Below are positions 1-7,606 of a stretch of DNA of 32,000 bases, in pieces. Positions within the stretch are counted from its first letter, which is position 1; the number at the start of each line of letters is the position of its first letter. The position numbers and the translations under genes were made by a program. The notes below the pieces were generated by a model. It did not search any database and was not told the origin of the DNA. It was given only the letters and a program-made list of their open reading frames with translations. Origin of the DNA: an uncultured archaeon (GTDB lineage Archaea > Asgardarchaeota > Thorarchaeia > Thorarchaeales > Thorarchaeaceae); NCBI GenBank assembly GCA_964354495.1, contig CAYHAA010000019.1, positions 29,335 through 61,334 on the forward strand, given 5' to 3'.

Positions 1-384
1 ACAAGTTCTGTCGCCATAGAGGCAGTTCTCGACGGCCAGATTAGAAGGAGAGTTGACAGCAAACCAGTCAGGATCCGGAGAGCCGACTCAAGTGCATTCT
101 TCGTCAAATTCGAGGTGGAGAGGATTGCAGCCCTCAGGGGTAAGCTTCTAAAGAAGTCCGAGGCATCAGAAGGGCACACTCAAGAACTCCCTCCGAGTGC
201 GAAACTCGTTCTCAAGGTCCTTGAGTACCAAGACCAAATGAGCCAAAAGGAAATAATAGAGGAAACGATGCTCCCTGCGAGGACAGTTCGCTATGCACTC
301 TCACTCTTGATGAGTGAGGGACTGGTCACAAAGAAGCTGTCTCTTCGAGATAGTCGCCAGGGACTATACCAAGTAAAAGAGTAG
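1..384 (+). CDS. 5'-truncated protein: probable NAD kinase C-terminal segment fused to a C-terminal winged-helix (MarR/TrmB-like) domain
   Basis: Frame 1 is open from base 1, not only from the GTG at 115: TSSVAIEAVLDGQIRRRVDSKPVRIRRADSSAFFVKF resembles the NAD kinase C-terminal 'vlDGq...v.irr....fv.f' segment. It is followed by ELPPSAKLVLKVLEYQDQMSQKEIIEETMLPARTVRYALSLLMSEGLV, a typical archaeal wHTH. Stop TAG at 382-384. Confidence 0.65.
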   Translation, partial: TSSVAIEAVLDGQIRRRVDSKPVRIRRADSSAFFVKFEVERIAALRGKLLKKSEASEGHTQELPPSAKLVLKVLEYQDQMSQKEIIEETMLPARTVRYALSLLMSEGLVTKKLSLRDSRQGLYQVKE

Positions 385-423
385 AGAAACCAAAGAAGAG
401 AGGATTTCGACCTAAAGTATGGA

Positions 424-2562
424 GTGAAGGATTTGAAAGGGCCCCTAGAAACAAAGCACGAAGGAATCAAGAGCATACTTCGCCAAGCAGAAGAGGATTT
501 GAAGGAGGTTCTGAGAGGCAAGAAGGTGCCTGAGGGAGAGGGGTTTTTCGGTGAGTCTCGGGAGTTCATGGTGTTCGAGCTCGCCAAATCCAAGAATCAG
601 GATACTGCAACGCTTCATATTGCTAATGCAGCCAACGAGGCCTTGCTTGAGATATTCAGGGATGTCAAAGAAGAAGCAAGTGCATCTGACTGTATTGAGT
701 CAATGACTCTCTGCGCATACGGTCTCATCCTGGGAAATTACAATGAAGAGGATTTCCGTTTCTTGTACAGGCAATCACTGCGGTATGTGAGAAATCAGAA
801 CACCATAGAAGAGTGGCTGCGCAACGCAATGGTCCTCCTTGCAGCAATCAACAACGATGACGCCCATAGTCTTCTGACAGAAATACGCCACTGGATTCAG
901 TTCCTTGGAGCACCTCTTTTCGGTACAACTTCCTTCATAGATGCCGGTAAGAAACTGGGGATAGATTTACAGCCCATCGTCGAATCCGAGGAGTATCGTC
1001 TGGTGAATGCTGTCGCACGTCATCCACAGTATCTCAGTGAGGCTGTAATGAATAGGTCGTTCTTTGACGCATTTGAATCGATGAAAGAGTGGGCGCCTGA
1101 TGCTGTCCTGCTCAATCTTCTCAAGATAAAGAAAGAGGAGGTCTACGGACATGGGCAGAATGAGATTAGACCAGACATGGCTGTTGAAGAAGCAGTCAAG
1201 ACTATATCGAGAATATTTGTGAAAGAGCAATTCAGGACAAACAAGCAGACAGTCCTACCAGTGAGACTTCAGGAGCTTGCTCGACCTCCGCCTGGCGAAG
1301 TTGTAGATCCAATCATCTTTGAGATGATACCGCAAAAGCTCCGAATGGATCTTCTTCCATCAGTTGCCTATTCTACCAAAATCAAGCACATTGAAATCAT
1401 ATTCCTCGGAGGGCACAGGATTGGTAGAAGCGGCATTCTCATAAAGACAGACACAGGCGGCATTCTGCTAGACTATGGTCTCTCAGTAGCGAATCACAGA
1501 ATTCCTGAATGGATTCCGGAGATGGACATGATAGATACCGTTCTTATCAGCCACTCACATCTGGATCATGTTGGAGGGCTACCAGTTCTCTATGAGGAGT
1601 TCACAGGGAAGTGGTGCTCTGTTGGTCCAACAGGAGCAGTCACAACGATTCTGCTTGACGATGCCCTGAAGGTTGGGACTCCATTCCCTCCTCGCAAGTA
1701 TGATGAGCTAGATCTCATCTCACGCTACAATGAAGAGAATATACAGAAGGTCGCAAAGAACCACGTGAAACTGGAATACGGGCAGAGCAGTGAGGTCGGT
1801 CCGGGCATAGTTGTCACCCCCATCGATGCATGTCATATACCCGGAAGCGCAGTCTATGCAATAGACATTGAAGGCGTCAAGATTCTATACACTGGTGACT
1901 TCAATCTTGACAAATCAGTACTATTCCCTGGAGCAAACATACCTACTGATGCACAGTACGTTATCTATGATGGCACCTACTGGGGGAGAGAGGATTTTGA
2001 TAGAGCCAAGGTGGCAGAACAAATCAGCAGGACAGTTGCGACTCACGGACCAGTGATAATACCGAGCTTCGCCGTGGGACGCTCGCAGGAAATTCTGCTA
2101 ATCTTGGAGGAACTTGGCATAACAAAGAACCGAAATGTCATGGTCACTGGGATGGCCGAGCGAGTGACAAAGGTTGTGGGTGTTACAGGCAGCTGGCAGA
2201 GCATGAAGAAGAACAGGACGCATCTTGAAGAGGAGGATGTACTTGTTGCGGGAGGAGGCATGATGAGTGGCGGGCTTGCAAGGCAGCACTTCAACGAACA
2301 GAGAAACAATCCAAAGGCAGCAGTGATTCTCTGCGGGTATCTAGCTCCGAGAACTTCAGGATGGAATCTTCTTCACGGCTATGAACCTCATGAGTGTGCT
2401 TTCGAATACGCTCGGTTAAGCGCTCATTCTTCATCGTCCAACCTTGAGAGATACGTCAACTCATGCAAAGGAAAGCGGATAATGGTGCATACACCAGTCT
2501 TCAGCCAGCCAAAGGGCATCATGATACCAAGCTACAAAGAGAGAATAACCATATCAATCTAG
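424..2562 (+). CDS. Metallo-beta-lactamase/beta-CASP ribonuclease (aCPSF-like) with ~320-aa uncharacterised N-terminal extension
   Basis: MBL motifs LLDYG, SHSHLDH (HxHxDH), CHIPGSA, YTGDF and DGTY. beta-CASP motifs PSFAVGRSQE, GGGMMSGG, CGY, SAH and VH. The catalytic domain starts at about aa 320 (IEIIFLGG). GTG start. Confidence 0.85.
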   Translation: MKDLKGPLETKHEGIKSILRQAEEDLKEVLRGKKVPEGEGFFGESREFMVFELAKSKNQDTATLHIANAANEALLEIFRDVKEEASASDCIESMTLCAYGLILGNYNEEDFRFLYRQSLRYVRNQNTIEEWLRNAMVLLAAINNDDAHSLLTEIRHWIQFLGAPLFGTTSFIDAGKKLGIDLQPIVESEEYRLVNAVARHPQYLSEAVMNRSFFDAFESMKEWAPDAVLLNLLKIKKEEVYGHGQNEIRPDMAVEEAVKTISRIFVKEQFRTNKQTVLPVRLQELARPPPGEVVDPIIFEMIPQKLRMDLLPSVAYSTKIKHIEIIFLGGHRIGRSGILIKTDTGGILLDYGLSVANHRIPEWIPEMDMIDTVLISHSHLDHVGGLPVLYEEFTGKWCSVGPTGAVTTILLDDALKVGTPFPPRKYDELDLISRYNEENIQKVAKNHVKLEYGQSSEVGPGIVVTPIDACHIPGSAVYAIDIEGVKILYTGDFNLDKSVLFPGANIPTDAQYVIYDGTYWGREDFDRAKVAEQISRTVATHGPVIIPSFAVGRSQEILLILEELGITKNRNVMVTGMAERVTKVVGVTGSWQSMKKNRTHLEEEDVLVAGGGMMSGGLARQHFNEQRNNPKAAVILCGYLAPRTSGWNLLHGYEPHECAFEYARLSAHSSSSNLERYVNSCKGKRIMVHTPVFSQPKGIMIPSYKERITISI

Positions 2563-4508
2563 GCCACGATTTCAAGAACGCCATCGAGAACAAGCTTCGT
2601 TGCCACGAATTTCATGGCCTGCATGCTCACGTTAATCTTGCGGACTACATCCTCCATTGATGTTTGACCATCACAGAAGTCGACAAACTTGATCACAGCC
2701 TGCCCGTAGGCCTTCTCGGTTTCCTCGCTGACAACTCCAACTTTCTTCAGAACGCTTGTTGGTCCAATTTCAACCTTGAAATCGACCCATCCATAGCGAT
2801 TCAGTATCTGCAGACAGCCAAGGACTATCTCACGGGGTAGGTTGAGACTCCGCACTAGACCACCAATAGTATCATTCTGCGCTATGGCGGACTGAACCTC
2901 CACAATCGCTGTACCTACCTCTCGATTGCTGAATGGTAGAGGTCTTCCAGCTTCTCTAGCTCTCAACAAGTAGTCAAGACTGATCGGTCTGAGCGGAACC
3001 TTCGCCAGAATGTCAAAGATCGAGGGCTCGAATACCGAACTACTGCCGTTCCATGCTGCCCAGACATTCTGATACTTCTGCTCGAGATCCACTAGTATTG
3101 AGTTCAGGACTCCTCTCTGTTCCTCCTCCTGGCTGTCATTTGTCACAATAAGCGCCATGACGAAGTGCGTGGATTTCTCAACCATCACGAGATTACCTTC
3201 GTGCTCAATCGTCTCAAGTGCATTAGTACCACTAGTGCCATCACTTGATTGTGCGTCAATTCCTCCAAATGAGTCGAGTGCAGATATGAGAGAAGCAATT
3301 GCGTTTTCATCAATGACTTCATCGACATAGCTCACATGAGTGACTACATCAGGAACACCGTCAGTTGGAACAATGGCTAAGAGGTGTAATATCTTCGAGT
3401 GGTCAGAAGCAGGTCGAACGGGGGTCTTCTGACTGGTGACTGTATCAGTGGTCGTTTTGTGACTTACAGTCTCTGCTTTCATGGCTGATGAATGTCCGGC
3501 TGCCACAGCATCAACCGAGGAGGTCGCTTCATCGTAGGGCACATCTTGAAACCCGGTTTCGCCTTCTTTGGCTTTCTTCGCTGCAGCTCCGGGTCGGTCC
3601 ATCTCCTCAGTTCCTCTCCTAACAGTAATCATCTCACTGATAGGCAGGTCGGGTAGTGTCACACCAACGGTCTTAGCAGCAACCTCAAGCATCATACGAA
3701 TGAATTCTTCGCGACGAGACTTGTCTGTAGCAATCATAGGGAATGTGGGAGCACCCAGAAGACGCTTGATTTTTTCAGCCTTCATGGACTCGGGAAGATC
3801 CTGCTTGTTTGCCAGAATGAAGAGAGGCACTGCAGGGGCTTCCTTCCTGATAGTACGAAGAAGGGACTTGGTCTGCATGACATTCCTGAAACTTGAGTCG
3901 GTGACCAGAAAGATAACATCGGTTCCAGAGAAGTAAAAGCTCCATAAATCTTGAAAGACTGCCTGTCCTGCGAAGTCCCAGACGGTCACAAGAAAAGTAC
4001 CGAATTGGATGGTTTCTGAGGAGTCCACAGCAACATTGATGGTTGGTACGTACCCTCCCGGCGCTGGCTCCTTGCCGAAGAGGAGTCGCAGGAGAGTGCT
4101 TTTACCAACACCACCGCTTCCAACGAAGCTGACCTTGAATCGTGTGAATATCAGTTCGCCGAGAATGTCATCGAGATTATCACGGATGTAACCTATGCTG
4201 TTTCCACGAAGGGCTGTGGAAACTCGGGACGCCCCTTCTCTGACTCTGTACTGGATGGCACGGTCTTCATCGCGTCCGTCGGTTACAAAGAGGAGGAGCA
4301 TCTCTCCGTCAACCTCGGCATGGAAGACCTTATGCTTCTCAGCCACGAAGACAGGAGTGTCTTGAGCGAGACCTTGTGTCCCAAAGAGGTCTCGATAGCC
4401 AGCCAGGAAGTCAGTGATATCTCTATCCACAAAGTCGATTTTCCAAAACCTAGTTCTCACTACAACGTTGCCATCTTCTTTTCCTATGAGCAAGACGTTG
4501 TGTATCAT
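2559..4508 (-). CDS. Multidomain small GTPase: N-terminal longin-like domain, Arf-like G domain, low-complexity linker, second longin domain, two winged helices
   Basis: G1 GSGGVGKS (aa130-137), G2 VPT156, G3 WDFAGQ (aa177-182), G4 NKQD (aa234-237). Flanking regions show the longin beta-beta-alpha-beta-beta-beta-alpha-alpha pattern. C-terminal wHTH motifs LNLPREIVLGCLQILNRYGWV and CDGQTSMEDVVRKINVSMQAMKFVATKLVLDGVL. Confidence 0.85.
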   Translation of the reverse strand: MIHNVLLIGKEDGNVVVRTRFWKIDFVDRDITDFLAGYRDLFGTQGLAQDTPVFVAEKHKVFHAEVDGEMLLLFVTDGRDEDRAIQYRVREGASRVSTALRGNSIGYIRDNLDDILGELIFTRFKVSFVGSGGVGKSTLLRLLFGKEPAPGGYVPTINVAVDSSETIQFGTFLVTVWDFAGQAVFQDLWSFYFSGTDVIFLVTDSSFRNVMQTKSLLRTIRKEAPAVPLFILANKQDLPESMKAEKIKRLLGAPTFPMIATDKSRREEFIRMMLEVAAKTVGVTLPDLPISEMITVRRGTEEMDRPGAAAKKAKEGETGFQDVPYDEATSSVDAVAAGHSSAMKAETVSHKTTTDTVTSQKTPVRPASDHSKILHLLAIVPTDGVPDVVTHVSYVDEVIDENAIASLISALDSFGGIDAQSSDGTSGTNALETIEHEGNLVMVEKSTHFVMALIVTNDSQEEEQRGVLNSILVDLEQKYQNVWAAWNGSSSVFEPSIFDILAKVPLRPISLDYLLRAREAGRPLPFSNREVGTAIVEVQSAIAQNDTIGGLVRSLNLPREIVLGCLQILNRYGWVDFKVEIGPTSVLKKVGVVSEETEKAYGQAVIKFVDFCDGQTSMEDVVRKINVSMQAMKFVATKLVLDGVLEIVA

Positions 4509-4591
4509 CAGCTTTCCACGTTCCTTGTCTAGGATTGTCTTGGTTTTAGATGTTATCTGTATTGCTCGACCGTTTCAAGCTTGCTATGACA

Positions 4592-6334
4592 TCATTTTGC
4601 AGTCAATGAAACTACTCCACGTTTGTGCAACTCAGCAAAGACTTTCTGAAGGACGCTAGGCTGCAGTCCCAAGGTGCGTGCAATATCTTGAATACTGAGG
4701 GATCCATCAACCAGCGCAAGGATGGTACTAAGACCCTCATAGAGGGACATCACATCTTTACCAGGAACCACTACTAGTGAGGGAATGTCTTCAGGCTGTA
4801 CTCTCAGCTGGCAATCTATGGCGCCCAATCGATTGAGAAGGTGAATTGCGCCGAGAATTAACTCCGGACCTCTTCCCGGCGCCAACTTGGATATTGTAAG
4901 CGTGCCATTCAGTCGATACCAAACAGCTTCAAGGAATTCACGCACTGGCGCGTGCTCAAATCGCTCCCAAACTAGAGGCCTTTTTTGAATTGGTGCCACT
5001 CTTCCAGCTAGCACAGCAGGAGGGAGAGTAGCCAGCAACTTGATTGTGAAGAGAGGAGACCTGAAGAGGTCAGTAGGATCCTCAGATGGCTTAGGAATTT
5101 CATCGAGAAATAGGTCTGGAAGGAATGAGAAACGGGATCTCAGAGCCTCTACGTTTGCCTCACTTCTAGTGATCAACGTGAACACATAGTCGCTTCGTTC
5201 AATTGTGATGTAGCTCAAATCACCTGTTCTGAACACAGAGGTTTCAGCTGGGCCTGTTTGATCTATTTTGAAGGAGGATATGGCAGCGACAATATTCGGA
5301 GCCACCTCCAGCAGACCAGATCTCTCGTCGTAGTAGTAGCTGTACACTGCCTCCCCTGTTCTGCGATCTACAACGAAGAATGCCTTGTGCCCCGCGTCAA
5401 CGTTGGGTACCTCTTGAGGGGCACCGGGCTCACGAATCAGAGGCCCTATTTCCCATTTCTGCAGTGCCAGTTCTGGTTGCATATCGCAGAAACCGCCATA
5501 GGCCATAGCTGAGAGGAGTAGATTGATGGGCCTAGGAGAGACCGTATCACAGAGATCAACACCATGTTGAATCTCAAACTCTCGTGCAACCTCAAGGTCG
5601 TCGTCCGAGCCAGGAATCACTATTATCCGCGCACTTGATTCTTTGCGAATCTTGATAATAACATCCCGAATCATTTCGTTCTTTGCCATACCTTTTGAAA
5701 TGACCAATGCAAATAGCCCAACGGATTTCAGGGCATCGGGCCATGCAGCCTTGACGAGTCCAGCGCAAATCGCCCGCGTCGCCCTGACCGCATACGGACC
5801 GATTTTCATCACCTCTGAAAACTGTTCACCCGTATGCTGCTTAATCTCAAGAAGGCTTTCTACAGCAATCACTGACTTGTTATCGTCAGATTGCTCAGCA
5901 GCAGTCACAAAACAGATGTCGAGGTGAGTTCGAAGATGGGCATCTGCTACAACAGAGAACTCATTCTTAAAGTCGCGAACTGATTTGTCAACAATCTTTG
6001 ATGAAACAGCCGCCTGAAATTCCCGAAGCCGTGCTATCTCTTCATCTGTGAACGTTTCAGACTCGCTCACAGCGATGACTAGAGTCACATCACCTACTCT
6101 GCTGATACTTGTAGGACGACTATGTACATCCGTCACTATGAAACTTCGAGCTGCATCTTCCTGAATTAGTGCATAGTACTCGTTCACTACAGTAGCGATG
6201 AAGTCCTCGGTTATGCCATCTTTGATGAACGACAGCGATGCCAGTGCTTTTGAACCGAGCAGATCGTATAGTATGACTCTCGCAATCAAGCTCATCGGGT
6301 CTCCCGTTTCACCCAGTATCAACGTTCTTGCCAA
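4592..6334 (-). CDS. Paralog of 2559-4508: longin, degenerate (pseudo) G domain, longin, two winged helices
   Basis: Segments align in order with the neighbour: ELILGAIHLLNRLGAID vs EIVLGCLQILNRYGWVD; VDGSLSIQDIAR vs CDGQTSMEDVVR; IIKIRKES vs LRTIRKEA; MKIGPYAV vs IQFGTFLV. No P-loop, DxxG or NKxD. Start is TTG 6334 or ATG 6295. Confidence 0.75.
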   Translation of the reverse strand: MARTLILGETGDPMSLIARVILYDLLGSKALASLSFIKDGITEDFIATVVNEYYALIQEDAARSFIVTDVHSRPTSISRVGDVTLVIAVSESETFTDEEIARLREFQAAVSSKIVDKSVRDFKNEFSVVADAHLRTHLDICFVTAAEQSDDNKSVIAVESLLEIKQHTGEQFSEVMKIGPYAVRATRAICAGLVKAAWPDALKSVGLFALVISKGMAKNEMIRDVIIKIRKESSARIIVIPGSDDDLEVAREFEIQHGVDLCDTVSPRPINLLLSAMAYGGFCDMQPELALQKWEIGPLIREPGAPQEVPNVDAGHKAFFVVDRRTGEAVYSYYYDERSGLLEVAPNIVAAISSFKIDQTGPAETSVFRTGDLSYITIERSDYVFTLITRSEANVEALRSRFSFLPDLFLDEIPKPSEDPTDLFRSPLFTIKLLATLPPAVLAGRVAPIQKRPLVWERFEHAPVREFLEAVWYRLNGTLTISKLAPGRGPELILGAIHLLNRLGAIDCQLRVQPEDIPSLVVVPGKDVMSLYEGLSTILALVDGSLSIQDIARTLGLQPSVLQKVFAELHKRGVVSLTAK

Positions 6335-6353
6335 CAGAAGGTCTTTTCACTAA

Positions 6354-7589
6354 TCAACCTTGTTCAGCTCTCTTCGCGATGAGATTGTCAATCGAAATAA
6401 GACCTCTCATGTATCTTTGATAATCTGAGTCTATCTTAGAGCGGTCATATTCGATGGAATCCACGCCGCCACCAGAAGGAATCTCAGGTAGATCCTGTAT
6501 CGCTTCAGACACTGTAATCGGTGGTGGAAGAGATTTGCTCTCTGACAGGGCATCACCTGTCGCATTAAGGCGCGGAACTGTCGAGAACAGAGCATCGGGC
6601 TCCTCGAACAAGTCCCCATTTCGGGTTGCGATAATGAATACACGCCTCCTTCGCTGCGGCACTCCGTACTCCTCTGCTTTCAAGACCAATGTCCTGTGAT
6701 GATAGCCCTCTCTCGTTAATGTATCAAGCATGGTCTTCAACAATCGACCTTGATGTATCCATCGAATTCCTGGAACATTCTCGATAAGGACATTCTCGGG
6801 CCGCAGTTTGTGGATGAAGACCAAGGTCCTGAAGATCAAGGAGTTGCGAACATCCGAAGGTAATCGTTTGCCAGCAGTTGAGAATCCTTGGCACGGCGGG
6901 CCACCAGCCAGCAGATTCAGTGTGCGTCCCTTGAGCTTTGATTCAGTAGTATCAATGAGGTTGTCCGTGTCTGCCTCACTGAGGATATTGGCTTGGACAA
7001 CTGTGGCATTCTCATGATTCAATCGATATGTTTCGCACATGTGGCGGTTGAGGTCGGTTGCCACGAGAACTCGATGACCTGCCTGCCTCAGTCCCTCGGA
7101 GAGACCTCCTGCCCCGCAAAACAAGTCAACATAGGAACCGTGCTTGATTCCATCCCCAAGTACCTTGCCAAGAAGGGGAGGAACAGCGTTTCCAATCTGT
7201 TTGAATCGAGAGCTGAAACTACCGAGAAACCGATATCTGTCAGGAAAGGACTGCAATCGTGCTGCCTCTCGCATAGAGATTAGGCGGTCTTGAGTTGGGT
7301 GTATGAAGGTGCCGTTTCCCGGTCGATTGAAATAGGTGTTGATCGTGTAGCTCGGAAGGTCACCTCTCAGACGACCATAGTACGTCGTACGACCTCCAGA
7401 AATGGAGATTTGAGTGAGCCTTGCAGACTTTGCAATCGTTGCTTCGGGCAGATTGCTCCAATTGCCGCCTGATGGAACAGACCGGACGATCTCCATGTCA
7501 AGTTCGCTTAGCGTGGCACATGTGTGATTGTATAACATGTTGTTGATATCTTGTTCAGGCGCCTCTGCATTAGCTGAAACGAAATTCAC
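6354..7589 (-). CDS. DNA (cytosine-5)-methyltransferase, circularly permuted (TRD-IX-X-I...VIII)
   Basis: Motif IX REAARLQSFPD and X KQIGNAVPP come before motif I DLFCGAGG, IV GGPPCQGFS, VI ENVPG and VIII PQRRRRVFII. An SD-like GAGGGTGA (7600-7607, minus strand) lies 10 nt before the GTG at 7589. Confidence 0.93.
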   Translation of the reverse strand: MNFVSANAEAPEQDINNMLYNHTCATLSELDMEIVRSVPSGGNWSNLPEATIAKSARLTQISISGGRTTYYGRLRGDLPSYTINTYFNRPGNGTFIHPTQDRLISMREAARLQSFPDRYRFLGSFSSRFKQIGNAVPPLLGKVLGDGIKHGSYVDLFCGAGGLSEGLRQAGHRVLVATDLNRHMCETYRLNHENATVVQANILSEADTDNLIDTTESKLKGRTLNLLAGGPPCQGFSTAGKRLPSDVRNSLIFRTLVFIHKLRPENVLIENVPGIRWIHQGRLLKTMLDTLTREGYHHRTLVLKAEEYGVPQRRRRVFIIATRNGDLFEEPDALFSTVPRLNATGDALSESKSLPPPITVSEAIQDLPEIPSGGGVDSIEYDRSKIDSDYQRYMRGLISIDNLIAKRAEQG

Positions 7590-7606
7590 GAGGAAAAAGT
7601 CACCCT

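Noticed and set aside
382-426. The TAG of the first gene is in frame with the beta-CASP GTG, with 13 sense codons between, so readthrough would fuse them
   Set aside because: Easily arises by chance over so short a gap, and the wHTH ends at a normal position.
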